From positions 1,760,001-1,824,000 of the forward strand of contig CAXXLZ010000002.1 of assembly GCA_963675595.2 (NCBI GenBank): a DNA stretch of 64,000 bases, given 5' to 3'. Source of the stretch: Thermodesulfobacteriota bacterium (lineage in GTDB: Bacteria; Desulfobacterota; Desulfarculia; JACQYL01). The translations under genes and the position numbers were made by a program. Below are positions 19,722 to 30,076 of this stretch, piece after piece; position 1 is the first letter of the stretch, and each line of letters starts with the position of its first letter. Under the pieces are notes generated by a model. The model was given only the letters and a program-made list of their open reading frames with translations, was not told where the DNA came from and did no database searches.

Positions 19722-20186
19722 CTACTTGGTTGCCGCCGCCGCTTCCCGACGATCCAGTCGGGAAAGCACACGGCCGGAGACTTCCATTGCCAGGTAAAGG
19801 ACCAGAAGCACCATGAAGACGCCGAAAAACCGCAAGACCAGCGTTCCTAGAATCCAGGTCCAGCGGTCGCCGGTGATGACCACCTTGACCGTTCCCGAAT
19901 CCCCTTCGATCAACCTGATGGAATGCCATGGCCGCGAACTCTGGTCCTCAATCAGTGTCTTTCCATTGCGCTCGCGGAATTTAACGTCTTGCTCGTTTTC
20001 CAAGACCTTCCGATAGAAATTCACGGCTTGGTCCATGCTCATTTCATAGGTGGCCGTCACACGATCTTCACTCCGAATCACGTCCTTCCCTCCTTCCATC
20101 ATTGGAACACCGAGGAAATCCTCTCCAAAGGACGCCTGTGAGCAAAGGAGCAGGGACAGCAAAACAAGAGACATGACTGTTTTCAT
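19722..20186 (-). CDS. Exported membrane-anchored protein, possible OadG/gamma-like subunit
   Basis: Signal peptide MKTVMSLVLLSLLLCSQASFG, ~90-aa soluble domain, C-terminal TM helix LRFFGVFMVLLVLY. Directly downstream of the beta subunit. Confidence 0.65.
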   Translation of the reverse strand: MKTVMSLVLLSLLLCSQASFGEDFLGVPMMEGGKDVIRSEDRVTATYEMSMDQAVNFYRKVLENEQDVKFRERNGKTLIEDQSSRPWHSIRLIEGDSGTVKVVITGDRWTWILGTLVLRFFGVFMVLLVLYLAMEVSGRVLSRLDRREAAAATK

Positions 20187-20278
20187 AGCGATATTCCCGT
20201 TATGTGTAACCTCGTCGTCATTGCATGTACGCATACGCAAGTCTTCGGATCCGACACTTTCGGAATCCGGGGAACCGA

Positions 20279-21433
20279 TTAATCGAACATGGCGATAAAC
20301 ATCCCCGCCGCCGCCGCTGAGCCGATGACTCCGGCCAAGTTCGGTCCCATTGCGTGCATCAGAAGGTGGTTCTTCCTGTCGTACTCGAGCCCGACGAGTT
20401 CCGAAACGCGAGCGGACATGGGGACCGCAGAAACTCCCGCCGACCCGATCAACGGATTGATCTTCTCCTTGAGAAACAGGTTCATGATCTTTACCGTCAA
20501 TATCCCGCCGGCGGTGCATACGGCGAAGTCCAGCAAACCGAGAGAAAAAATCAGCAAGGGTTTCGGGCTCAAGAACGTATGCGCGTTCATGGTGGCTCCC
20601 ACGGACAGTCCCAGAAAGATGGTGACGATGTTCATGAGTGCGCCCTGCGCCGTCTCCGTCAGTCTCCCAACAACCCCGCTCTCCTTCATCAGGTTGCCCA
20701 GCATGAACATCCCCATGAGAGGAATGACGGAGGGCACCAAGACCGCGATGATGCCGCAGGCCACCAGGGGATAGAGAATCTTCTCCCTGGTCGAGACCCT
20801 GCGGAGTTGCCTCATGCGGATCTTGCGCTCTTCGGGATTGGTCAGAAGCTTCATGATGGGCGGCTGAATCAGCGGCACCATGGCCATGTAGGAATAGGCG
20901 GCCAAGGCGTTGGCCCCAAGAAGCTGAGGCGCCAGGTGCTGGGTGAGATAGATGGTCGTGGGACCGTCGGCTCCGCCGATGATGCCCACGGAAGCAGCCT
21001 CTTTCAGGGTGAACCCTGCGAGGATGGTTCCGCTGAAGGTGATGAATACCCCCAGCTGCGCGCCGGCTCCCACGATGAGCGTTTTGGGATTTGCGATTAA
21101 AGGACCGAAGTCCGTCATGGCGCCCAATCCCAGAAAAATTACGCAGGGAATGATCTCCCACTCGAGACCGTAATGGTAGATCGCCCGGATGAGTTCGGGC
21201 TGCCCTCCGTGGGCATATCCCATCAGGGGAACCAGAGGGAAATTCACCACAAAGATGCCGAAGCCGATGGGCAACAGCAGTAGGGGTTCAAAGTTCTTGG
21301 CAATGGCCAGATAGATGAAAAATCCGGCGATCACCCACATAACGACGGGCTGCCAACTCAGGTTCCATAACCCGGTGGTGTAGAAGATGCCCCACAACAT
21401 GTCGACAATGTCGTTCCATTCCATGGTCTTCAT
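20279..21433 (-). CDS. oadB: Na+-translocating decarboxylase beta subunit
   Basis: [52 protein letters not shown]. Confidence 0.95.
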   Translation of the reverse strand: MKTMEWNDIVDMLWGIFYTTGLWNLSWQPVVMWVIAGFFIYLAIAKNFEPLLLLPIGFGIFVVNFPLVPLMGYAHGGQPELIRAIYHYGLEWEIIPCVIFLGLGAMTDFGPLIANPKTLIVGAGAQLGVFITFSGTILAGFTLKEAASVGIIGGADGPTTIYLTQHLAPQLLGANALAAYSYMAMVPLIQPPIMKLLTNPEERKIRMRQLRRVSTREKILYPLVACGIIAVLVPSVIPLMGMFMLGNLMKESGVVGRLTETAQGALMNIVTIFLGLSVGATMNAHTFLSPKPLLIFSLGLLDFAVCTAGGILTVKIMNLFLKEKINPLIGSAGVSAVPMSARVSELVGLEYDRKNHLLMHAMGPNLAGVIGSAAAAGMFIAMFD

Positions 21434-21928
21434 TCCGCTTGTTTAAGACAACGTTAATTCCGCGAGCCGGGTCGCCGCCCTTTACGCCGCGCCGTTCTTC
21501 GGCACGAAATGACTCCACGGCGACACCGGGACCACACCTTTTCAGCCGACGCTCAATTCCGACGTCCACTCGATGATCAGGAAATACGGCACTACTCCCG
21601 ATCGAGACGAACCTCTTCCTTGAACCGGCTCGCACGGTCCGGCCGGGTCTCCAAGGGACGAATTTCAGGTCTAAGTGAGAGTCAGAGAAGTAGGAAATTT
21701 TCTTTCCGGATTCCGGAAGAAATCAGAGGCGAGAATACAGCTCGACAACAGCTTGACGGCAGGTGGTTTCATGATGAATCCGCCCATGGGATCGCCTTTC
21801 CAAGCCGCCGAAAATCTCCTCCTCCTTCCAAGCGGGGAATTTGGATGAGATTCCGTTGCAGGGTGAAAGGTTGACTGTCAACATTTGCAGAGGCGATCGC
21901 CTCTGCCCCTATTTGCTCGAGCGTGAAT

Positions 21929-21957
21929 AGGATATATCACCATACTTTCCATGTCAA
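21929..21957 (-). promoter_or_regulatory. Putative sigma70 promoter ~500 bp upstream of oadB
   Basis: Minus strand TTGACA-N17-TATCCT. Confidence 0.5.
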
Positions 21958-22182
21958 CAAAGAAAAAATACGGAAAGACAGAGTCGTATTCGGACCCGTA
22001 AAGACTTTTCTGTGATAGACTTCGGCCAAGCATCCGAGAGCTGAGCGTTGCCGGCGCATTGCCTTTTTCCCCGGACCGTTGCCCAACGGTGGAAGGAAGG
22101 GCGACGTTGCTCACACGCCGTTCCTTCCACCTGGAAATTCCCGATTTCGGAATCCCGACAAGCAAAACTGTTTCCTCGTGGA

Positions 22183-25100
22183 TCACCGGGGTACCGTGAT
22201 CCTAAAGAACGTGTTTTCGTCCACGATGATCGTGTCCTCTTTGCACGCGTCAAACCAACCGTACGATTCAGCACTGACATATTCCGGCACTTCGGCGCCG
22301 GTCACTTCATAAACGAGGCCGTCTTCGGTCCGAGAAACCAGGGGCACACCGTAGGCCCATAGTCTCGTCGGAAATAAATACGTTTCATATTCGAAGGAAA
22401 CCAGGGACGACTCGTCCGCCGAGACCTCCCCTTCAATCCTCAGAAGAAGTTCGCCTTGGATCTCCAGCCTATAGGAGAATTGGGTGCCGCTCCACACCAG
22501 TCCCTCGTATTTCTTGCATTCGTCCTCCGTGCAATTCCATTCGAGATTGGCGCTTTCGCCGACGCATTCCTCTCCGCCGGACGTATTCTTCAGCTCCAGA
22601 TCACATTCAATGATCAGGGGGCGTTCCGCGAGGGCAACGGCAACCTTCACGGTCTTGTCGTCCACGTAGCAATTTGCGATCAAGAGCGTAAGATTCGTCA
22701 CGTCCTTGTTCACCGTGACCGGAATCGGCTCGGTGATATCCGTGATCCGGAGTTCGCCTTCCTCGGCCACCATGACGCGGTCTTTGTTTTCTCGAAAGAG
22801 TACGATGCGAAGCCCTTCATCCTTCAGTTCGCCGTTCTCGATTCCTATCTTCAGCTCTAGTGTGGAATCCTCGTCGGTCTGATAGCCGGTAGGTACGGGT
22901 ATCTTCACGGCATAAGCGGATAGCGGCTCGATGGATTCAAAAAGTGCGAACTTATTGTCGGCATCGACTGTTTTGATGCCCGTGTCGGCCGTGAACAGGG
23001 TATCGGCCAGCTTGTTGGCCGTGAAGTTCTCGGAAGCACGGAAAATCGCTTCCGATGGATGTTTGTAAGCCCGATCCAGGGCGTAGTTGAAGTACACTTC
23101 CGAAAGGCTCTTTGACGTCCAGAAGGCAATCCAATTGCTCAGCGCCGTGCGGTAAAGATTTCGGTACTGCGCCATGGAAAGCCCAAATTTATTATAAGTC
23201 GCCGAATACATATCCTGAAACAAAGACCCCGTGTAGGACCAGTCGTTTTGATTGTACATCCGCGTCACGTAGACGAAGAAGTCCTGTTTGGAATAGAAGT
23301 CCTTGTTCTCGCCTCGAGCGGTGTAATCATCCACGGCCCGGTTCAAAATCGCGTATTCGTCCCCGCCTCCCACGATGTTTCGCACCACCGCTGAGGGCCC
23401 CGTGATGGACCCGTTGTTGTCCTGGTAGGACTGACCCAACGGTGCGGCCGTGCCCTCATAGTAGGGTTTGAGGGAATGGGTCGTGTTGTCCCAGGCCACC
23501 CGGATGTCGTACCCGGCCTGAACCGAATGAAACAATTCATGGATGACCACGTGAGCCAAGGTGATCCCTTTGGGCGCCAGACTGGTCTTGATGGCGTTGT
23601 AGTCCAGATAGAGGCGACCCAGGGCCAGCATCTCCTGTTCGGTCTTACTTACCGTGGTGTAGTTCGCGTTCTCCTCGGTTCCGGGTTGCCAAAATTTGAT
23701 CTTTCCCGCCACATTGTGGATCAGGCGGGCGTGGGGGTTGGTCGCTGTGGAGACCCACAACTTGGGAGCGCGGAACAGGGCATTGGAAAGAGTCGTGCTC
23801 GCCGACCCGGCCGCAGCCTGAATCTCCCGGGCGTTGACCTCCGTCAGGGTGTTGGAAGGATCCACCACGTTCCAGGCGAAAGTCTTCCAGTCGAATTCCG
23901 TCTGCCATGCCGCCGGAGTCATGCCGCCCGTGTCCGTGTAAACCTCCTGATCGGGTTGCGTCACCACTCCGAACACCCATCCGTTGTACAACTGCGCCAC
24001 GTCGGCGGAATACGTCTTGGATGTCGCGTCGTACTCCCCATACACGGGCAGCACCAGTCCGGTGGTCAACTTGGTCTTCATGGTGAGATGCGCCGGGTCC
24101 GCGACGTCGCCGGTTACCGGTAGTGATACTTTGAAGAATCCGTTTCCGGAAAGGGGCTCTTCTCCTCCGCTCACGGAAATCCGTACGGCCCCGGACACGG
24201 AGGTCTCCCCCGACTCCACCACCTCGGATGCATCGGCCGAAGACAACGTCACCGTCTTGCCGGGGGTCATCTCATCGGCCAAATCGATGGAGCTTCCCCC
24301 CGGACCCAAAACCACCCCGGGGTTGCCGCCCGTCCCCGTCAGGCTGCAGGATGCTGCCGGGGAGCCGCCGTCCGCGTCATAGGGAGCGGCGAAACAACGG
24401 GCCATGGCCGTGGTTTGCCCCGTGCTCAAAGACAGGGTCAGGTGCGCCCCCTTCCCAGCCAGATCCGACACGTCCATGCCGTCGGACAGGTCCGGGTCCA
24501 AGAATACGTAAAACGTCGACAAGTCCGACGTGACGATGGCGATTCCCGATCCGGCGGCGTAGGACTGGAGATAGTAGTTCATGGTGCCGGCTTGACAGTC
24601 GGGAGATTTCCAGATGCCGTCGTGCGTTGATACCGACGGCGTGCCGAAGGATTTGGAAATGGAGAGGTTCCGAGCTCCGGAGCCCGAAAGCGTCAGAACG
24701 GCCGAAGCTTGGTCGGAAGAGCTGAAACTCAGAGTCAGATGGTGGCCGCCGCCCGCCAGATCGTCCGTATCCACACCGTCGGAGAAGTCCGGGTCCAAGA
24801 ACACTTGGAAGTTCTGAAGGTCCGCCGTGGCGATGACCAGAGCGGACCCCGTTTCGTAGGTCTGGATGTAGAAGTTCATGCTCTGGTCGGCGTTCTTCCA
24901 GATGCCGTCGTACACGTCGGAAGTCGGCGGAGGCCCGCTTCCCGGAACGTCCGCGCACACGTTGTCGAATTTCGCTTGTGCGCTCGTTCCCCGGGCCATG
25001 AGCCAAAGGGTGTTCACCACCCAAGGGGCGAAAGTGAAGCTCCCGGAGAAGACCGCGGCAGTGTTCTGCCTGTTGAGGCGCAACACGGCTTGGTCGTCCG

Positions 25101-25587
25101 AAAGAGTAAATCCGATGGAAGTGATGGGCTCGGAAACGGATACGAAGTTCGAATCGAACCACTCTCCGGAGAGCACGTCCCGGGCAGTGAGAGCGGCCTT
25201 CCCTTGGCCGGGATACACCATGGCCCCGATGCCGTCGGTCGTCTCGCCCCCCACGTCCAGGAACGTATCCCCCGACGTGAGCGTGTAAATCCCGAAGCCG
25301 GCGTCGCCCGTCGCGTCGAGAACATCCAGGTCCACGTCGATTTGGTAGAGGTCGTCGGCATAGAACGCGGTCTCCACACCGGCCATGCCGCCCGACGGGA
25401 CCTGCAAAACGGAAAGGCCGCCGTTTTGCAGCACCCAAGAGCCTGAGAAGAACGACCACGAACGGCCGTTGCCCCCGGAGAAATCCTCAAGAAAGTAAAC
25501 GCAGTTTTCCCCGTGAACCACAGGTGAGAAGAAAACCGCAATCCATGCCCAACACACCGTGAAGAACAAAACCGACCTTGTGCCCAT
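22183..25587 (-). CDS. Large secreted multidomain protein with HEXXH zinc-peptidase motif
   Basis: Signal peptide, beta-rich N-domain, two ~96-aa repeats, VIHELFHSVQ followed by YYEGTA. Confidence 0.8.
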   Translation of the reverse strand: MGTRSVLFFTVCWAWIAVFFSPVVHGENCVYFLEDFSGGNGRSWSFFSGSWVLQNGGLSVLQVPSGGMAGVETAFYADDLYQIDVDLDVLDATGDAGFGIYTLTSGDTFLDVGGETTDGIGAMVYPGQGKAALTARDVLSGEWFDSNFVSVSEPITSIGFTLSDDQAVLRLNRQNTAAVFSGSFTFAPWVVNTLWLMARGTSAQAKFDNVCADVPGSGPPPTSDVYDGIWKNADQSMNFYIQTYETGSALVIATADLQNFQVFLDPDFSDGVDTDDLAGGGHHLTLSFSSSDQASAVLTLSGSGARNLSISKSFGTPSVSTHDGIWKSPDCQAGTMNYYLQSYAAGSGIAIVTSDLSTFYVFLDPDLSDGMDVSDLAGKGAHLTLSLSTGQTTAMARCFAAPYDADGGSPAASCSLTGTGGNPGVVLGPGGSSIDLADEMTPGKTVTLSSADASEVVESGETSVSGAVRISVSGGEEPLSGNGFFKVSLPVTGDVADPAHLTMKTKLTTGLVLPVYGEYDATSKTYSADVAQLYNGWVFGVVTQPDQEVYTDTGGMTPAAWQTEFDWKTFAWNVVDPSNTLTEVNAREIQAAAGSASTTLSNALFRAPKLWVSTATNPHARLIHNVAGKIKFWQPGTEENANYTTVSKTEQEMLALGRLYLDYNAIKTSLAPKGITLAHVVIHELFHSVQAGYDIRVAWDNTTHSLKPYYEGTAAPLGQSYQDNNGSITGPSAVVRNIVGGGDEYAILNRAVDDYTARGENKDFYSKQDFFVYVTRMYNQNDWSYTGSLFQDMYSATYNKFGLSMAQYRNLYRTALSNWIAFWTSKSLSEVYFNYALDRAYKHPSEAIFRASENFTANKLADTLFTADTGIKTVDADNKFALFESIEPLSAYAVKIPVPTGYQTDEDSTLELKIGIENGELKDEGLRIVLFRENKDRVMVAEEGELRITDITEPIPVTVNKDVTNLTLLIANCYVDDKTVKVAVALAERPLIIECDLELKNTSGGEECVGESANLEWNCTEDECKKYEGLVWSGTQFSYRLEIQGELLLRIEGEVSADESSLVSFEYETYLFPTRLWAYGVPLVSRTEDGLVYEVTGAEVPEYVSAESYGWFDACKEDTIIVDENTFFRITVPR
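24425..24911 (-). repeat. Internal tandem duplication, 288-bp period
   Basis: TTCCAGATGCCGTCGT at 24608 and 24896. The protein repeat is DGIWK...MN(F/Y)Y(I/L)Q(T/S)Y...VFLDPD.SDG.D..DLAG.G.HLTLS. Confidence 0.85.
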
Positions 25588-25805
25588 TCGCTCTCCCCTT
25601 TAACTACATGGTTCTTAACACAAGAATTCTGTCACGGAGTTCATTTCCAGTCCATCGTTTTCAGACGACCGAGATACGATTTGCATTGAGGCGCTTTGGG
25701 AAAACGCCGCGTTATCGGCTGTATTCTTGACACCGGGAATAAGGTGTGTCATGCGGGAATCATGAACGTCAACGCCATGATTATCCAACCCTTGAGGACG
25801 GAAAA

Positions 25806-26657
25806 ATGACTGAAATACGGACCAAGCTTTCCATCTTATGCGATAACTTCATCAGTGCTCCCGATTTCATAGGACAACACGGCTTCAGCTCATTGATCGA
25901 ACGAGAAGACCGAAAGTTGCTCTTTGACTGCGGTCTTCGCCCTTCCTTGGAACACAACCTGGAAACCTTGGGAAACAACTTGGCGGGGCTCTCCGGGATC
26001 ATGCTCAGCCATGGGCATTACGACCACACGGACGGCCTGAGATGGGCCTTGGAGCAAGCGGGAAAGGTGGAAATCACCGCTCATCCCGGAATGTTCGAGC
26101 AGCATCTGGCCCTTCCCAGGCATGAAGGCGGAGGAGCCGTTCGGGAAATCGGATGCCCCTACAGCCGAGAAGAGCTGGAATCACTGGGAGCGGAGTTCCG
26201 GTTCCTGGACCACACCGACGGCGTGGCTCCGGGAATCCGTTTCCTTACCTCCGTGCGGCGTAAAGAGGGCCAGTCGCCCGTGGATCCGCAACTGCTGAGG
26301 CCCGGTGTATCCGGGACGCTGGAGCCGGACCCCATCGACGACGACGCCTCCCTGTTATTGGACACCACTTCCGGTCCCGTGCTGCTCCTGGGTTGCGCAC
26401 ATGCCGGACTGCTCAACATTTTGGACCATGTGAAGGAAGAATTGGGCATCCACCAACTTCACGCCGTCTTGGGAGGCACCCATCTTGTCTTTTTAGGCGC
26501 GGACGACCTGCCCCGCATTATTGAACGCATCGAGGAATTCAAACCCGACGTGGTGGGCGTGTCTCATTGTACCGGCTTTGCCGCGGCGTCGGCCCTGGCC
26601 TCCCACTTCGGTCAGCGCTTCCGTCTGGCCGCGGCGGGAAGCGTTTTCGCGTTCTGA
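25806..26657 (+). CDS. MBL-fold metallo-hydrolase
   Basis: HGFS, LFDCG, SHGHYDHTDG, GCAHAG, GGTHL and SHCTG motifs. Confidence 0.9.
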   Translation: MTEIRTKLSILCDNFISAPDFIGQHGFSSLIEREDRKLLFDCGLRPSLEHNLETLGNNLAGLSGIMLSHGHYDHTDGLRWALEQAGKVEITAHPGMFEQHLALPRHEGGGAVREIGCPYSREELESLGAEFRFLDHTDGVAPGIRFLTSVRRKEGQSPVDPQLLRPGVSGTLEPDPIDDDASLLLDTTSGPVLLLGCAHAGLLNILDHVKEELGIHQLHAVLGGTHLVFLGADDLPRIIERIEEFKPDVVGVSHCTGFAAASALASHFGQRFRLAAAGSVFAF

Positions 26658-26749
26658 CGGGCGGACCTGAAACAGGGTGAAGAAGCCGGGGTGACCTCCC
26701 GATCTTACTTAGGTAAGGTCTCTTTGGTGCAAAGCACGGCGCCGGATAT

Positions 26750-29700
26750 TCAGACGGAGTGTCCCGGTGTTGGGACCGGCTCCGCCGAAACGTCCCCCGC
26801 ACGTTCAGAAGCGGTTTCGCGGGCGCGAGCCCGAGCATGGTCGCGAGCCACGAGCATGTAAATTGAAGGAATCACAAACAGGGTGAATACCGTGCCCACG
26901 GCCATGCCCCCCACCAGGACCAGACCGATGGAATTCCGGGCGGCCGCGCCGGGGCCGCTCACCAGCGTCAGGGGAAAGTGACCCGCAATGGTGGCACCCG
27001 AGGTCATGAGGATCGGGCGCAGCCTGGTTAAAGCGGCCTCACGCACGGCCTCCAGTTTGGTAAGACCTTGTTCCTGAAGTTTGTTGGCAAACTCCACGAT
27101 GAGTATGCCGTTCTTGGAAACCAGCCCCACCAGGGTCACCAGGCCCACCTGTGAATAGATGTTCAGGGTGGTGGTCCAACCGTGCGTCCAGAAGGGCACG
27201 TTGGGGTCCGGCATTTTGAGGAACGTGAAAAGCAGCGCCCCGAACATGGCCAATGGGACCGAGCCCGCGAGAATCACGAAGGGGTCGCGGAAGCTGTTGA
27301 ATTGCGCCGCAAGCACGAGGAAAATCAACACCACCGCCAGGGTGAAGGCCGGAAGGAACTTGTTTCCTTCCGTGCGCAACTGGCGGGACTCACCCGTGTA
27401 ATCAATCACGTACCCTTTGGGCAGGATTTCGGCGGCCCGGGCCTCCAGGAAGCCGAGGGCCTCGTCAAGAGGACGAACGGCCACGCCGCTGATCTTCACC
27501 GCGTTGAGTTGTTGAAATCGATTCAATGAACGGGGCACGGTGGAGTCTTCGATGGTCGCCACCGTGTCGAGGGGCACCAACCGGCCGCCGCCCCCCGTAA
27601 CGTAGATATTGGCCAACTGATCGGGATTGAGACGATTCTCCCGTTTGATCTGCGGAATCACTTTGTAGCTTCGTCCCGCGATATCGAACCGGTTCACGTA
27701 ATTCCCGCCCAGCATGGAGGCCATGTCCGCCCCCACCTGCTCCAGGCTGAGCCCCAAAGCCGCCGTTTTATCCCGATCGATGACGATTTCGGATTGAGGC
27801 TGGTCAATCTTGACGTCGATGAGCGGAGGAAAGGCGAACATGCCGCTTTGCATGGCCTGGAGCTGAATCTTTTGGGCGAATTCCAGAATTTGCGAACTTG
27901 GGGTGGTGGAAGCCAGCACGAACTCCACCGGAAAATCGCCTCCCCCGGGCAAAGCGGGGGGCGTCACTGCGTACATCCGGATTCCGGGAATGGCGGACAA
28001 CTTCTGCTGCACCTCGGGCAGAATCTTGAAAATGTGTCGCTTGCGTTCATCCCACGCCTTCACCACCATGCCGGCATACCCGGACGTGGGAAGGGTAACT
28101 TGAAAAGTGAAATCCGTCTCCGGAATGCTCATGTACGCCTGATTGGCCGCCTCGGTAAACCGGGCGGTCTGATCCAACGTGGCGTCGGCCGAAGCGTCCA
28201 CCAAGCTGAAGATCACGCCTTCGTCTTCGGTGGGAGCCAGTTCCGCCGGAGACATCATGAACATGGGGATCACCAACAGACTCACCCCGACCCACACCAC
28301 GTAAACCGCCGGACGCCATCGCAACGTGGCGTCAAGCTTCCGCCCATAGGCGGATCTGACTCGGTGAAAAACCCGCGAAATGCGTCCCGCCAGTCCATGC
28401 TCTTCGATGCCCGGCTTGAGCAACTTACTGGACATCATGGGAGACAGCGTCAGAGCCACCACTCCGGAGATGGTCACCGCGCCGGCCAGAGTAAATGCGA
28501 ATTCGCGGAAAAGTGAGCCCGTAAGCCCTCCCTGGAAGCCGATGGGCGCATACACCGCGGCCAACGTCACCGTCATGGCGATAATGGGCCCGACCAGTTC
28601 CCTCGCCCCGACGATCGCCGCCTCCATGGGCCGCTTCCCCTCGCTCAAGTGGCGTTGCACGTTTTCCACCACCACGATGGCATCGTCCACGACGAGCCCC
28701 ACCGAAAGCACAATGGCCAGCAAAGTCAGCAAGTTGACCGTGAATCCGAGCACCTGCATGAGGAATACGGCCCCGATGAGCGATAGGGGAATGGCCACCA
28801 CCGGGATGATCACGGAACGGACGGAACCGAGAAACAGAAAAATGATGACCATTACGATGAGCAGGGTATCGATCAACGTTTTGATCACCTCATGAATGGC
28901 GCTCCGAATGTAGTCCGTGGCATCATAAGCGATCCGGGCGTCAAGACCGGAGGGCAGCCCCTCCCGGATACCTTCCATCTCTTGTCCGACGCGCTTGATC
29001 ACGTCCAGGGAGTTGGCGGTGGGCAGCGGCCAGATGCCCATGAACACGGCGGTTTGCCCAGAAAACCGCACGTCGCTTTCGTAATCTTCCGCACCCAGAA
29101 CCACGTCCGCGATGTCCTCCAGACGAACGATGGCCCCGTCCTCTTCCCGTACCGCGAGGTTCTTGAATTCTCTCACCGACCGCAGATCCGTGTTGGCGGT
29201 CAGATTCACCTGAACCAGGGACCCTTTGGTACTGCCCACCGCCGCGAGGAAATTGTTGGCGGCCAAAGCCCTCCTCACCTGTTCCGGGCTGATGTTGAGG
29301 GCCGCCATGCGATCGGGTTTGAGCCAGATACGCATGGCGAAGTTTCGAGCACCCAGAATATCGGCACGTTGAACCCCGGAAATGGCCGACAGTCGGGGCT
29401 GCACCACCCGAACGAGGTAGTCGGTGATTTCGTTTTGCTCGAGCAGGTCCGAGGTAAAACTGAGATAAGCGGAAGCGAACTGGCTGTCCGCGGATTCCAC
29501 ATCGATGGTGGGAACCTCCGCCTCCGGAGGAAGATCTCCCCTGACCTGATCCACTTTTGCGCTGATCTCGGACAGGGCTTTGATGGGATCGTAATTGAGT
29601 TTCAGCCGGGCCTCAATGGTGGAAAGCCCTTGAGCGCTCTCCGATGAGAGGTAGTCAATGCCGTCCGCCGCCGCAATGGCCCGCTCCAGGGGCGTAGTAA

Positions 29701-29887
29701 CGAAACCCAGCACAAGATCGGCGCTTGCGCCCACGTACACGGTCTTGATGGTGACCACCGAGTTCTCGTTGCGAGGATACTGACGCACATTGAGTGTACG
29801 GACGGCCTGCAAACCGGTCACCACGATCACCAGACTCACGACCAGGGAAAGCACCGGACGACGGATGAAGATGTCGGTAAATTTCAT
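26750..29887 (-). CDS. RND efflux transporter permease (AcrB/MexW-like)
   Basis: FIRRPV, GLVVDDAIVVVEN, LTLSPMM, KNGILIVEFA, RLRPILMT. Confidence 0.97.
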   Translation of the reverse strand: MKFTDIFIRRPVLSLVVSLVIVVTGLQAVRTLNVRQYPRNENSVVTIKTVYVGASADLVLGFVTTPLERAIAAADGIDYLSSESAQGLSTIEARLKLNYDPIKALSEISAKVDQVRGDLPPEAEVPTIDVESADSQFASAYLSFTSDLLEQNEITDYLVRVVQPRLSAISGVQRADILGARNFAMRIWLKPDRMAALNISPEQVRRALAANNFLAAVGSTKGSLVQVNLTANTDLRSVREFKNLAVREEDGAIVRLEDIADVVLGAEDYESDVRFSGQTAVFMGIWPLPTANSLDVIKRVGQEMEGIREGLPSGLDARIAYDATDYIRSAIHEVIKTLIDTLLIVMVIIFLFLGSVRSVIIPVVAIPLSLIGAVFLMQVLGFTVNLLTLLAIVLSVGLVVDDAIVVVENVQRHLSEGKRPMEAAIVGARELVGPIIAMTVTLAAVYAPIGFQGGLTGSLFREFAFTLAGAVTISGVVALTLSPMMSSKLLKPGIEEHGLAGRISRVFHRVRSAYGRKLDATLRWRPAVYVVWVGVSLLVIPMFMMSPAELAPTEDEGVIFSLVDASADATLDQTARFTEAANQAYMSIPETDFTFQVTLPTSGYAGMVVKAWDERKRHIFKILPEVQQKLSAIPGIRMYAVTPPALPGGGDFPVEFVLASTTPSSQILEFAQKIQLQAMQSGMFAFPPLIDVKIDQPQSEIVIDRDKTAALGLSLEQVGADMASMLGGNYVNRFDIAGRSYKVIPQIKRENRLNPDQLANIYVTGGGGRLVPLDTVATIEDSTVPRSLNRFQQLNAVKISGVAVRPLDEALGFLEARAAEILPKGYVIDYTGESRQLRTEGNKFLPAFTLAVVLIFLVLAAQFNSFRDPFVILAGSVPLAMFGALLFTFLKMPDPNVPFWTHGWTTTLNIYSQVGLVTLVGLVSKNGILIVEFANKLQEQGLTKLEAVREAALTRLRPILMTSGATIAGHFPLTLVSGPGAAARNSIGLVLVGGMAVGTVFTLFVIPSIYMLVARDHARARARETASERAGDVSAEPVPTPGHSV

Positions 29888-30076
29888 AATCCGCAATCAC
29901 ATTGACTGGTTTTGGAAAGATGCCGCCAAGTCGGCACAGGTTTCGACATCGGCTTCAAGGCTCCGGCCTCCCCGGAACGGAGGAGTCCGCTCGATTCTTT
30001 TCGACTGATGAAATAATCCTCTTGGGAGGAAGGGTTCTCACACGACCGGACGGCCGAAAGGTTCCCTTTCGTCGCA

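Noticed and set aside
20187-21161. N-terminal 325 aa of the 479-aa ORF 19722-21161
   Set aside because: Alternative frame overlapping oadB. The real gene starts at the signal peptide at 20186.
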